Shown piece after piece: positions 28,203 through 38,063 of a DNA stretch of 64,000 bases. Made by a program: the position numbers and the translations under genes. The notes beneath the pieces are model-generated. The model ran no database searches. It was not told where the DNA came from and worked only from the letters and a program-made list of their open reading frames with translations. Location of the stretch: assembly GCA_040218735.1 (NCBI GenBank), contig JAVJQW010000012.1, forward strand, positions 32,001-96,000, written 5' to 3'. This stretch comes from Deltaproteobacteria bacterium. Its GTDB lineage: Bacteria > Myxococcota > Kuafuiibacteriia > Kuafuiibacteriales > Kuafuiibacteriaceae. The first letter of the stretch is position 1. Every line of letters begins with the position of its first letter.

Positions 28203-30962
28203 ATGATCGAATCTCGCCCGGAGGACCGCCCGCTCCACGATGACGTCAAATGGCTCGCCGGCAAACTCGGCGCCGTCATCGCCCGGTTGGAGGGCGAGAC
28301 GACGTTCGAAGCGGTCGAGCACCTCCGCGTCGCGTGCCGTTCGCGGCGCCGCGGCGAACAGGACGCCGCGACGCTCGACGCGCTCCTCGAACAGATCGAC
28401 GGCCTCCCGCTCGACGTCGCCGCGGGCGTGGCGCGCGCGTTCACGCTGTTCTTTCTGCTGATCAACACCGCCGAGCAGGTGCACCGCGTCCGCCGGCGAC
28501 GGAGCTACCAATCCGAAGACACGCCGCCGCAGGCCGCGTCCGCGCTGTGGGCGTTCTCGCGCCTCGCCAAGGAGGGCGTCGACGCGGCGGCCGCGCGCCA
28601 GCGCGTCGCTTCGCTCGCCGTGCGCCCCGTGCTGACCGCGCACCCCACGGAGTCCACGCGGCGCACGGTGCTCGCGCTGCAGGCGCGCGTCGCGGATGCG
28701 TTGCTCGCGCGCGACCAGGCGCCGCACTCCGAACGGCTGCGCCTCGACGAAGCCCTCGAAGCCGACATCGAGCTGCTGTGGCTGACGTCGGAGGTGCGCC
28801 GCGATCGCCCGTCGGTGCTCGACGAGATCAGCACTGCGATCTGGTACCTCGAGACCCGCCTCCTCGAGGCCGGCGCGCGGACGCAGGAGTCGATCGCGCA
28901 GGCGTTCCAAGAGGTGTTTGGTGAGCCGCTCGGTGTGCCCGTGCGCATCGAGCCCGGGAGCTGGGTCGGCGGCGACCGCGACGGCAACCCGTTCGTCACG
29001 CCGCAGATCACCGTGTCGGCGGCGCGACGCGCGGCGCGCGCGCAGGTCGCGCACTACCGGCGCAAGGTGCAGGGGTTGATCGAGCGCATCTCGATCTCCG
29101 CGCAGCTCGTGCCCTGCCCCGCCGCGCTGACCGCTTCGTTCGAGCGCGACCGCGATGACCTCCCCGACGTGTGGACGATCAATCGCCGTCGTGACGGCGA
29201 AGAGCCGGTGCGCCTCAAGCTCTCGTTCATCGCCGCGCGCCTCGGTCGCCTGGAGACGGCGCTGTCCGCGTTGGAGCGCGGGCGAGACGCCGACACCAAC
29301 GGCGCCTACGCGAGCGCCGCCGCGTTCCTCGCGGACCTCGAGCTGGTGCGCGAGGCGCTCGACGTCGCGCACGCGAAGAGCGCGCGGTCGGCGTGGCTCG
29401 ACCCGCTGATCGCGCAGGTCGCGCAGCTCGGCTTCGCCGGGTACCTCCTCGACGTCCGCGAAGACGCCGGCGCCCACGAGGCCGCGCTCGACGCCGTCAC
29501 GGAGGCGCTCCACCTCGACAAGCTCGACGCGGACGGGCTCCGCGCGGAGCTGCTCGGCCGGCGTCCGCTGGTGTCGGACTCGATCCCCCTCGACGACGCG
29601 ACGAAGAAGACCCTCGACGTGTTCCGCTCCATGCGGGAGGTGCACGAGCAGATCGATCCGCGCGCCGCTTCGACGTACATCATCTCGATGGCGAGCTCCG
29701 TCGAGGACCTCCTCCGGGTCCTCCTGCTCGCGCGTGAAGCCGGGCTGGTGGACCTCGCCTCCGACCCGCCGCGCTCGCAGATCGACGTGGTCCCGCTGTT
29801 CGAGACGCGCGACGACCTCGTGAACGCGCCCGACGTGCTCGCGGACCTCTTCGACGACGTCGCCTACCGTCGCCAGCTCGAAGCGCGCCACTTCCACCAG
29901 GAGGTGATGCTCGGCTACTCGGACTCCGCGAAGGACGCCGGCGTGTTGCCCGCGGCGTGGGCGCTGTACCGCGCGCAGGAGGAGCTCGCACGGGTCTGCA
30001 ACGAACACGGCGTCCACCTCACGATGTTCCACGGACGCGGCGGGACCGTCGGCCGGGGCGGCGGCTCGCCGGTGTACCGCGCGATGTCCGCGCTCCCGCC
30101 CAAGACCGTGCAGGGGCAGATCAAGGTCACCGAGCAGGGCGAGATCATCTCGCAGAAGTTCGGCCTGCTCCCGATCGCCGAGCGCAGCCTGGAGGTCCTC
30201 TTCGCGGGGACCCTCGTCGCGACGCGCGAGGACTGGCGCAAGGACCTGGAGAGCGACTGCGAGGCGAAGTACTTCGACGTGATGGACCGCCTCTGCAGCA
30301 TCGCGCTGCCGGCGTTCCGCTCCCGCGTGCACGAACACGACGCGCTGTTCGACCTCTTCATGCAGGCCACCCCGGTGCGCGAGCTCGCGCACGTGCACTA
30401 CGGCTCACGCCCCGCGTACCGCGAGCGCGGCTCCGGGAAGATGGAAGGCATCCGCGCCATCCCGTGGGTGTTCGGCTGGACGCAGATGCGGCTCATGCTC
30501 CCCGGGTTCCTCGGCGCCGGCTCCGCGCTGGCGACGGTGGCCGAGGAGCCGGGCGGGCTCGAGACGCTCCAGGCGATGGTCGCGAACTGGCCGTTCTTCG
30601 ACGACCTGCTCCGCAAGATCGAGATGGTCTGCGCGAAGGCGGACCTGGACGTCGCGCGCATGTACGTCGACCGCCTCGAAGGCGACCGCCCGCTCTTCGA
30701 CGAGCTGGAGGCGGAGTACCACCGCACCGTGAAGAGTGTCCTCGCGATCCGCGGCAAGCAGCGCCTCCTGGAGGACCACGCCGTGCTGCGCGCGGCGATC
30801 GATCTGCGCAACCCCTACGTCGATCCGCTGTCGCTCCTGCAGGTGTCGCTCCTGTCGAAGAAACGCGCGGGCGGCGCCACCGAGGTCACCCGCGCGGCGC
30901 TCGACGCGGCGCTCGGCACGACGCTGAACGGCGTCGCCCAGGGCCTGCGCAACACGGGCTGA
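28203..30962 (+). CDS. ppc: Phosphoenolpyruvate carboxylase
   Basis: VLTAHPTE, SWVGGDRDGNP, QEVMLGYSDSAKD, FHGRGGTVGRGG, RAIPWVF, GLRNTG. Confidence 0.97.
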   Translation: MIESRPEDRPLHDDVKWLAGKLGAVIARLEGETTFEAVEHLRVACRSRRRGEQDAATLDALLEQIDGLPLDVAAGVARAFTLFFLLINTAEQVHRVRRRRSYQSEDTPPQAASALWAFSRLAKEGVDAAAARQRVASLAVRPVLTAHPTESTRRTVLALQARVADALLARDQAPHSERLRLDEALEADIELLWLTSEVRRDRPSVLDEISTAIWYLETRLLEAGARTQESIAQAFQEVFGEPLGVPVRIEPGSWVGGDRDGNPFVTPQITVSAARRAARAQVAHYRRKVQGLIERISISAQLVPCPAALTASFERDRDDLPDVWTINRRRDGEEPVRLKLSFIAARLGRLETALSALERGRDADTNGAYASAAAFLADLELVREALDVAHAKSARSAWLDPLIAQVAQLGFAGYLLDVREDAGAHEAALDAVTEALHLDKLDADGLRAELLGRRPLVSDSIPLDDATKKTLDVFRSMREVHEQIDPRAASTYIISMASSVEDLLRVLLLAREAGLVDLASDPPRSQIDVVPLFETRDDLVNAPDVLADLFDDVAYRRQLEARHFHQEVMLGYSDSAKDAGVLPAAWALYRAQEELARVCNEHGVHLTMFHGRGGTVGRGGGSPVYRAMSALPPKTVQGQIKVTEQGEIISQKFGLLPIAERSLEVLFAGTLVATREDWRKDLESDCEAKYFDVMDRLCSIALPAFRSRVHEHDALFDLFMQATPVRELAHVHYGSRPAYRERGSGKMEGIRAIPWVFGWTQMRLMLPGFLGAGSALATVAEEPGGLETLQAMVANWPFFDDLLRKIEMVCAKADLDVARMYVDRLEGDRPLFDELEAEYHRTVKSVLAIRGKQRLLEDHAVLRAAIDLRNPYVDPLSLLQVSLLSKKRAGGATEVTRAALDAALGTTLNGVAQGLRNTG

Positions 30963-30999
30963 TGGACGGGGCTCGGCGCGGAGGCTAGCTTCGCCCGCG

Positions 31000-31254
31000 G
31001 TGGCGAAGAGCAAGACGGTCGAACGTGTTCAGACGGGCATGCGCATCGAGAAGCGCATGGTGAAGGTCCTCAAGGCGCTCGCCGAGTACCACGACATCAC
31101 GCTCGGCGATCTCGTCGAAGGCATCGTGCTGCACGCGTTCGAGGGCAAGGCGCCCTTCTCGCCCAAGTCGCGCAAGCTCATCCGCGAGCTCAAGAAGATC
31201 TACGAGATGGACTACGGGGCGGAGTCGGCGCACAAGCTGGTGGAGAAGCGCTGA
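31000..31254 (+). CDS. Small ribbon-helix-helix-like DNA-binding protein
   Basis: RVQTGMRI strand plus helices KRMVKVLKALAE / LGDLVEGIV. Confidence 0.65.
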   Translation: MAKSKTVERVQTGMRIEKRMVKVLKALAEYHDITLGDLVEGIVLHAFEGKAPFSPKSRKLIRELKKIYEMDYGAESAHKLVEKR

Positions 31255-31615
31255 TTCGATCCGGCCACACGAACCGCCGCTTCGCACGCTCCGACCACAA
31301 CGTCTCGGGGCGGTAGTACTGCTCCAACACACTCGGCGCCCACGCGAACAAATCCGGATTCGCGGCGGCGAACGCCTCGAACGTCGGCTCGTCCCCGCGG
31401 CGATCCGCGATCAACAACACATAGGCCCACGTCACCGTGACGTGGAACTTGGGGACGTCCGCGAGGTGCTCCGCGAAGCGCTGCATCACGACCTCGGGCG
31501 GGTGGTGCGCGAGGTACGACCACGCGAGGCGAACGTGGTCCGCGTGGTGGAACGTGGCGCCGTCGAGGGTGCCGGACTCGAAGCGATGGATCAGGTCGTC
31601 GTCAGGCTGACTCAC
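31190..31615 (-). CDS. Conserved hypothetical His-rich protein
   Basis: FHHADHVRLAW, KFHVTVT, YYRPETLWSERAKRRFVWPD. Confidence 0.65.
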   Translation of the reverse strand: MSQPDDDLIHRFESGTLDGATFHHADHVRLAWSYLAHHPPEVVMQRFAEHLADVPKFHVTVTWAYVLLIADRRGDEPTFEAFAAANPDLFAWAPSVLEQYYRPETLWSERAKRRFVWPDRISASPPACAPTPPRSPSRRSS

Positions 31616-31638
31616 GGTACCAGTGTACCAAGGTACCG
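31615..31638. promoter_or_regulatory. Triple GTACC / CGGTACC-N10-GGTACCG element, candidate operator
   Basis: CGGTACCAGTGTACCAAGGTACCG directly upstream of the 31615 start. Confidence 0.45.
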
Positions 31639-31689
31639 CGACGCTCGACAGTAGTTTCGCGCCGCCCGTCGTGGCATCGTCCCTCCGCG

Positions 31690-32277
31690 ATGAAGCTCGA
31701 CTACCCCGCCACCGGCCGAAACGGCGCCGCCATCGAGGAGGTCCTCACCGGCCGCCTCCCCGAAGAGGGCCTCGTGCTGGAGATCGCCAGCGGCTCAGGG
31801 CAGCACGGCCTACGATTCGCCCGCGCGTACCCCAAGCTGCGGTGGCAGCCCACGGATCCGGAGGACGAGGCCCGCGCGTCGATCGACGCCTACCGCGCCG
31901 ACGACGGGCCCGAGAACCTGCTCCCCGCGCTCCGACTGGACGTCACGGAGCTGCCCTGGCCAGTGGAGCGCGCCGACGCGCTGTTCTGCGCGAACATGAT
32001 TCACATCGCACCGTGGGCCGCTACGGAAGGGCTCTTCGCGGGCGCCGAGCGAATCCTGCCGAGCGGTGCGCCGCTCATCCTCTACGGGCCGTTCCGCATC
32101 GACGGCGCCCACACCGCGCCGTCGAACGCGTCCTTCGACGCGTCGCTCCAACGGCGCAACCCCGAGTGGGGTGTACGTGATCTCGCCGAGGTCACCGCCG
32201 TGGCGTCCGCGTTCACGCTCGAGGAGCGCCACGCGATGCCCGCGAACAACTTTACGCTGGTGTTCCGGCGGCGTTGA
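31690..32277 (+). CDS. DUF938 SAM-dependent methyltransferase
   Basis: VLEIASGSGQH, WQPTD, NMIHIAPW, YGPF, WGVRD, MPANN. Confidence 0.92.
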   Translation: MKLDYPATGRNGAAIEEVLTGRLPEEGLVLEIASGSGQHGLRFARAYPKLRWQPTDPEDEARASIDAYRADDGPENLLPALRLDVTELPWPVERADALFCANMIHIAPWAATEGLFAGAERILPSGAPLILYGPFRIDGAHTAPSNASFDASLQRRNPEWGVRDLAEVTAVASAFTLEERHAMPANNFTLVFRRR

Positions 32278-33733
32278 GCGCCGCCTCGTCCACGACGAAC
32301 GTCTCGCGGCCCGGGGCGAACGGGTCCTCGGGCCAGTCGGGATCGATGCCCTCGAAGTAGCTGCGCACGTACCGCAAGCAGTTGAGCGCCGCACCGATCT
32401 CCGTCATCAGCGACACCAAGCCGAAGCCGATGCGGTTCAGGAAGACGGCGTCCGCGGGCATGTCGAGTTTGAAGAGGTTCGGGTTGTCGACGAACATCTT
32501 CCGGAACGTGTCGCGCGGCGGGTGATCGCGGAAGTCGAAGTCGCGGTCCGCGAGGTACGGCTGGTACAGGTACCGCATCAGCTCCCGGAAGCTCTCGAAG
32601 TCGTACTGCGAGCTCTCCGTCACGAAGCCGATCTCCACGGCGAGCCGCACCATCGCGTCGCGGTCGTCTTCGTTGACCGCGTTCAACATCTCGACCCACT
32701 TCGCGCGACGGTCCGCCGGATAGAGGCGCGAGCAACCGTAGTCGAGGAACACCACGCGGCCGTCGTCCATGAACAGGTAGTTGCCGGGGTGCGGGTCGCA
32801 GTTGAAAAGGCCGTCCATGTAGAAGCCGCCGAGGTAGAAGCGGAAGAACAGCTTCGTGACGCGGTCGCGCTCCTCCGCGGACGGGTCGCCTTCGAGCCAC
32901 TGGTAGAACGTCTGCCCCTCGTAGAACTTCGTGACGAGCACACGCCGCGAAGACAGCTCGGTGTAGACCTCGGGCGTGACGATCCACGGGTGCCCCTTGA
33001 AGCGCTCCCGGTACAGCTCTTGGTAGTGCGCCTCCTTCTCGTAGTTGCACTCGTCGAGGAAGCGCTGCTCGAGCTCGGACATGATCGCGTCGGTGTCCGT
33101 TCGGAAGAACATCACGCGCTGAAAGAGGCTCATCATGCGCGCGTTCTTGAGGTCCGCCGCCATCGCGCTCTCGATGCCGGGGTACTGCACCTTCACCGCG
33201 ACCGCGGTGCCGTCCGGCAGCGTCGCACGGTGCACCTGACCGATGCTCGCGGCGGCGATCGGCTCGTGCTCGATCGACGCGAACACGTCCTTCGGATCCC
33301 GCCCGAGTGACTCGGTGAGCGCCGCTTCGACGACGTCCCAGGTCATCGGCGAGACGTCGCGCTGCAGCACGGTGAGGACGCGGCGCGCCTCCGGCGGGAG
33401 CGCGTCGTCGAGGTAACTCAGCATCTGGCCGAGCTTCATCGTCACGCCGCGCATCTCGGAGAAGGTCTCGAGCATCTCCGCCGCGAGACCCACCGAGACG
33501 GCGCCCTTCGCGCTGCTGTCGAGCGCGCTCTTCGCGCGATCGACGACGGCGCGCGACGCGCTCTTCGCCGCGAAGCGCGACAGCTTCAGCGCGCGCGACA
33601 TACGACCGGTCGAGAGCTTCTCGACACGTTTGTCGAGGACACGATTCACGCTCTGCTGCGCCCGCTCGGACAGCTCGTTTCCAAGCGCGGCGAGGAGGTG
33701 CTTCGGGAGCGCTTTCTTGTCGTCGTCGCTCAT
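32252..33733 (-). CDS. ABC1/UbiB (AarF) family atypical kinase
   Basis: MKLGQMLS, AAASIGQVHRA, VAVKVQYPG, DPHPGNY, LDYG. Confidence 0.92.
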   Translation of the reverse strand: MSDDDKKALPKHLLAALGNELSERAQQSVNRVLDKRVEKLSTGRMSRALKLSRFAAKSASRAVVDRAKSALDSSAKGAVSVGLAAEMLETFSEMRGVTMKLGQMLSYLDDALPPEARRVLTVLQRDVSPMTWDVVEAALTESLGRDPKDVFASIEHEPIAAASIGQVHRATLPDGTAVAVKVQYPGIESAMAADLKNARMMSLFQRVMFFRTDTDAIMSELEQRFLDECNYEKEAHYQELYRERFKGHPWIVTPEVYTELSSRRVLVTKFYEGQTFYQWLEGDPSAEERDRVTKLFFRFYLGGFYMDGLFNCDPHPGNYLFMDDGRVVFLDYGCSRLYPADRRAKWVEMLNAVNEDDRDAMVRLAVEIGFVTESSQYDFESFRELMRYLYQPYLADRDFDFRDHPPRDTFRKMFVDNPNLFKLDMPADAVFLNRIGFGLVSLMTEIGAALNCLRYVRSYFEGIDPDWPEDPFAPGRETFVVDEAALNAAGTPA

Positions 33734-34941
33734 GACTCCGCGGTTCGTCGGCTGACGTACACCACCGCCGCGAGCAAGACCACCTCCAACGCCACGGCCA
33801 CGAACAGGGCGGCGCCGAGGCCGCCGTACGGGGCGACCCACCCGACGACGTAGGTGCCGATCGAGCCCACGCCGAACCCGAGCACGAACTTCCCGGCGTA
33901 CGCGCGCCCGCGCCACTTCGATGGCGACAACCACGCGACGAGGCTGTTCTCGATCGGCTGCATGCCGATGCCGAAGAAGATGTAGAAGAACAGGCACAAC
34001 AACAGCGGCCAGCCCGCGAACCAGGCGGCCCCCAACAAGAGCGGGAGCGCCGCGAGGTGGAAAGCGAAGTAAGCGCTGACGAGCCGGTAGCGGTCGGCGA
34101 TCTTGCCGCCCCACCACTGCCCGAAGATGCCCATCGCGTAGGCCGCCGACACGAGCGCGGTCGCCGCGAGGTTGTCGACGTTCTCGACGTTCTCGAGTCC
34201 GAGCGCCCGCGTCCACGTGACGAGGAACGGGATGCGCTCGGCGATCAGCGCCGGCATCACCAGGGTGTGGAGTCGGTACACGAGGCCGCCCACCGTCACG
34301 GCGACGGCCATGCCGACGAGTGGGCGCCAGTCGTTCGATACGCCCGAAGCGACCGGCGCGCCCGGGTCCGCGTCGTCGTCACGTTCGCGGCGCTCGAAGG
34401 GGAGCAGCGCGAACACCAGCCCGACGACGAGCACGGGCGCGCAGAACACGACGTACGCCGCGCGCCACCCCCACAACGAAGCGACGATACCGGCGACGAT
34501 CGGCGTCCCCGCGATCCCGACGTTGCCGGCGATACCGTTGATCGCAAACGCGCGACCGATCTTGCCTTCGAACCACACCGACAACAGCGCGAGTCCGGAC
34601 GGGTGATACAGCGACGCGAAGAAACCGAGCGCGGCGAGGGAAGCGACGAGTGTTGTCGTCGACGTCGAAGCCGCGACGGCGATGCCGCTGAAGCCGCCGC
34701 CGATCAGACAAGCGAGGAGGACGCGGCGTGCCCCGTAGCGATCCGAGGCCCAGCCGGCGACCGGCGCACCGAACCCGAACAAGAGGTACAGCGGCCAGGC
34801 GAGCGCGACGGCCTCTTCGAAGGTGACGCCGAAGTCACGCGCCAGCGGGATGGCGACGGCGGGGAACACCAGCTCCCACGCGTGGGACGCTGCATGGCCG
34901 ACCCCGGTGAGGCCGACGACCCGAGCACTCGCGTTCGCCAC
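33730..34941 (-). CDS. MFS transporter
   Basis: About 12 TMs; GWASDRYGARR; SLYHPSG. Confidence 0.88.
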   Translation of the reverse strand: MANASARVVGLTGVGHAASHAWELVFPAVAIPLARDFGVTFEEAVALAWPLYLLFGFGAPVAGWASDRYGARRVLLACLIGGGFSGIAVAASTSTTTLVASLAALGFFASLYHPSGLALLSVWFEGKIGRAFAINGIAGNVGIAGTPIVAGIVASLWGWRAAYVVFCAPVLVVGLVFALLPFERRERDDDADPGAPVASGVSNDWRPLVGMAVAVTVGGLVYRLHTLVMPALIAERIPFLVTWTRALGLENVENVDNLAATALVSAAYAMGIFGQWWGGKIADRYRLVSAYFAFHLAALPLLLGAAWFAGWPLLLCLFFYIFFGIGMQPIENSLVAWLSPSKWRGRAYAGKFVLGFGVGSIGTYVVGWVAPYGGLGAALFVAVALEVVLLAAVVYVSRRTAES

Positions 34942-34969
34942 CTCGCCCCATTCTACGTGGGCGCGTGAA

Positions 34970-35716
34970 TCAAGTCTCGTGGAAGATGACGAGGAGGATC
35001 AGGTCGAAGCGGCTGCGGACACCGAGCTTCTTCATGATGTTCGCGACGTGGAACTTCACGGTGCGCTCGGCGATCCCCTCCGCGTCTCCGATCTCCTGGT
35101 TTCGCATGCCGCGCACGACCCCGAGGAAGATCGAGACTTCCTTCTTCGACAGCTGCTTCTCCCGCGCGAGTGAACGCGTCGCGCGTTCGAGCTCGCGCTG
35201 TCGATCCGAGCGTTCGTCGGTGACGAGCTGCGGGACGAGCGGAGCGGGGTGCATCCGGAATCGACGATCGCGCGCGTGCGCGCTCGGCGTCGCCGCGACG
35301 GTCGCGCGCCAGATGCGCGTGCGCGCGACGGCGCTGCGAACGGCGGCGATGAAATCGTCCAACTCGAACGGCTTGAGCAGGACGTCGAACGCGCCGTCGG
35401 CCAGACACTCCTGCACGAGCGACGGGTCTTGGGTCCCCGTGATCATCACCGAAGCACAGAGCACCGGACGCGCGCGGAGGAACTGCATCGCCTCCACGCC
35501 GATCTCGTCCGGCAACCAGTAGTCGACGACCGCGGCGTCGAGCACCGTGTGCGGGAGCAGCTCCTTCGCTTCCGCGACGCTGCTGACCGTGTAGACGGTC
35601 GCGCCCTCGCTGTGGAGGACACGCTCGAGGCTCGCACGCGTAGACGGTTGGTCGTCCACAATCAGAATGCGGGCTTCGTGCAAGGATTTGAGCTCGATGG
35701 CGGTACTCTTGGTCAT
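34970..35716 (-). CDS. Response regulator with LuxR HTH
   Basis: ILIVDD, VVDYWLPD, ITG, LKPF; LSKKE..GMRNQEIG..TVKFHVANIMKKLGV. Confidence 0.9.
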   Translation of the reverse strand: MTKSTAIELKSLHEARILIVDDQPSTRASLERVLHSEGATVYTVSSVAEAKELLPHTVLDAAVVDYWLPDEIGVEAMQFLRARPVLCASVMITGTQDPSLVQECLADGAFDVLLKPFELDDFIAAVRSAVARTRIWRATVAATPSAHARDRRFRMHPAPLVPQLVTDERSDRQRELERATRSLAREKQLSKKEVSIFLGVVRGMRNQEIGDAEGIAERTVKFHVANIMKKLGVRSRFDLILLVIFHET

Positions 35717-35771
35717 GAGCACGCGTGCGAGCGTATCGTACTCAACCTGACGCGAAACCCTGTCCTCGAGG

Positions 35772-36467
35772 TCAGGTATCGATACCCGGGACGTACCGGT
35801 AGCCGGCGCCGTGCACGGTCGTGATCCACCGGGGTGCCTTCGGGTCGGCTTCGACCTTCTTGCGCAGCTTCGAGACGTGTTGGTCGAGCGTTCGGCTGTT
35901 CGGGTAGTGGTCGATGCCCCAACATTTCGAGAAGAGGAAATCCCGATCCAGGACACGATCCGGATGTGCGGCAAAGCAGCGTAGGAGTTTTACCTCGCGC
36001 AACGAAAGGTCGATCGTCTCGTCGTCGCGACGCGCGCGTAGCTCGTCGGGGAGCACTTCGAGATCGCCGAAGCGAAACGCGGTCGACGCGACGGCGCGAC
36101 GCGACGCCAGACAACGCCGACTGATCGCACGCACCCGCGCGACGAACTCCTTCACGCCGAACGGCTTCATCACGTAGTCGTCCGCGCCGAGCTCGAGGCC
36201 CAGCACCTTGTCGATCTCTTCGGACTTCGCCGACAGGAATACGATCGGGATCGTCGCATCCTGTGCGCGAATCCGACGGCACACTTCGTAGCCGTCGAGC
36301 TTCGGCATCATGATGTCGAGGCACACGAAGTCCGGACGCGCGCGCTCGAAGAGCACCCACGCCTCCTCCCCATCCGACGCGGCGACCGCGTCGTAGCCCT
36401 CGCCCTCCAGGACCTCGACGATCCCGCGGCGCATGTTCGGATCGTCTTCGGCGACCAGCACCCTCAT
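35772..36467 (-). CDS. OmpR-family response regulator
   Basis: VAEDD, LDIMMP, GADDYVMKPF, RTLDQHVSKLRKK, TVHGAGY. Confidence 0.94.
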   Translation of the reverse strand: MRVLVAEDDPNMRRGIVEVLEGEGYDAVAASDGEEAWVLFERARPDFVCLDIMMPKLDGYEVCRRIRAQDATIPIVFLSAKSEEIDKVLGLELGADDYVMKPFGVKEFVARVRAISRRCLASRRAVASTAFRFGDLEVLPDELRARRDDETIDLSLREVKLLRCFAAHPDRVLDRDFLFSKCWGIDHYPNSRTLDQHVSKLRKKVEADPKAPRWITTVHGAGYRYVPGIDT

Positions 36468-38053
36468 GAGCTCCCCCCTCTCGGCAACCTCAACTCGAAC
36501 GTCGCACCGCTCTCGACGGGCAGGCATCGCAGGTCGCCGCCGTGCCGCTTGGCGAGCTCCCGCGCGATCGACAAACCGATCCCCGTCCCCGTCACGCCGT
36601 CGGTCAGCTTGCTGCTGACGCGATAGAACGGCGCGAAGATCCGCTCGCGCGCGCTCCCGTCGATCGTCGGCCCGTCGTTGTGCACGGTGACGATCAGACC
36701 ATCGTCGTCCTGAACGGTCGTGACGGACAGCTGCGCCTCGTTCGGCGCGTACTTCTCCACGTTGCTCACGAGGTTCGCGACGATCTGTCCGAGCGCGTCC
36801 TCGTCCGCCTCGATCGGCTCCGGCGCTCCCGCCTGGAACACGACGTCGATGCGTTTCTCCTCCAGCGCGGGCCCGAACTGTTCGAGCACACGCTCCACGA
36901 CCGCGTCGATCACCACGGGGCGCTTCTCCAACGCGAGCGCGCTCCGACGCTGTCGCGCGTACGTGAGGATGTTGTTGATGAGCCGCGTGAGCCGGTGGCT
37001 CTCTGCGACGATCACCTGGAGCCTATCCACGGCCTCCGGATCCTCGTCCTCCAAGCGCGCCTCCAACAGCTCGGCGTAGAGCCGGATGTTGGCGAGCGGC
37101 GTCTTCAGCTCGTGCGACACCTGCGTCACGAACGTCACGCGCGCCGCGGCCTCGCGCAGGTCACGCGAGCTCTCGCGGTAGAAGTACACCGCGAACAACA
37201 GCAGCGCAGCTACGAGGCCCCCGAAGCCGAGCACGAGCGTCGACGTCTCCGTGCGCGCACCGACGAGCTGCGCCTGTTGATCGCTCGACAGGTAGAACGC
37301 GAGCCGCCACGAATCGAGCGGGTACGCGAGCGTCCGCACTGCGACGGGCGGCGCGTCGTTCGGCTCGTAGCTGCCCCACTGGTAGACCGGGTCGTCGCGG
37401 GAGTCCTGCAGCACGACGCGCCCCCCGTCGACCTCCACGTCCGGGAGCTGGCCGATCAGGCGCGACAGCAGGACGATGCGCTCGATCTCCACGCCGTGCA
37501 CCCCGCCGTCGGCGCGTTTCTGCCAGAACAGCAGGTGCAAGCCTTCTTGCCAGTACCAGGTCACCCACCCCGAGCTCTTGCGCTCCGCGAGCTGGCGCAG
37601 GCTGTCGCCGCGGCCCTTCACGGTGGTGACGGCGTCGCCTTGCTCGGGCGGGCGGTCGTAGAGGATCGCGCGTCGATCCCAGATCGCGCGCGTGCGGGTG
37701 AGGAAGTCCTTCTCCCGCTGGCTGCTCGTGTCGTCTTCGGGCGGGAAGAGGAGGCGCCCCTCGCCGTCGAGCACGAACATCGCGCGTGCGAGGGGCTCCG
37801 CGCGGACCGCGGCGCGTCGGGCGTCGACGTCGTCCGCGGTTGCCTCGAGGAACTTCGTGAGCTGACGTTCGAGCGAGGAAGTCGTCTTCTCGATCGTCGC
37901 GTCGAGATCCGCGAGGCGCCCCTCGAACACCCGGGACAGCTCGACGGAAGCGACGGCGCGCTCGTCCGCCCGCATGCGCAGCACCAGCCAGCCCACCGAG
38001 AAGAGCGGGAGGAGGACGAGCGCCACGAAGACGACGGCGAGACGAGCGCGCAA
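36464..38053 (-). CDS. Sensor histidine kinase
   Basis: Two TMs; VSHELKTPL; NLVSNVEKY; GTGIGLSI; TTG start chosen by position. Confidence 0.92.
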   Translation of the reverse strand: MRARLAVVFVALVLLPLFSVGWLVLRMRADERAVASVELSRVFEGRLADLDATIEKTTSSLERQLTKFLEATADDVDARRAAVRAEPLARAMFVLDGEGRLLFPPEDDTSSQREKDFLTRTRAIWDRRAILYDRPPEQGDAVTTVKGRGDSLRQLAERKSSGWVTWYWQEGLHLLFWQKRADGGVHGVEIERIVLLSRLIGQLPDVEVDGGRVVLQDSRDDPVYQWGSYEPNDAPPVAVRTLAYPLDSWRLAFYLSSDQQAQLVGARTETSTLVLGFGGLVAALLLFAVYFYRESSRDLREAAARVTFVTQVSHELKTPLANIRLYAELLEARLEDEDPEAVDRLQVIVAESHRLTRLINNILTYARQRRSALALEKRPVVIDAVVERVLEQFGPALEEKRIDVVFQAGAPEPIEADEDALGQIVANLVSNVEKYAPNEAQLSVTTVQDDDGLIVTVHNDGPTIDGSARERIFAPFYRVSSKLTDGVTGTGIGLSIARELAKRHGGDLRCLPVESGATFELRLPRGGSS

Positions 38054-38063
38054 CCGGGGCTCC

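Noticed and set aside
26916-30398. 1160-aa minus-strand ORF
   Set aside because: Mostly antisense to ppc; only its last ~290 codons are real, as the C-half of the frameshifted lipoprotein
31000-31615. Type II toxin-antitoxin pair
   Set aside because: Genes are convergent and no toxin family motif is recognisable
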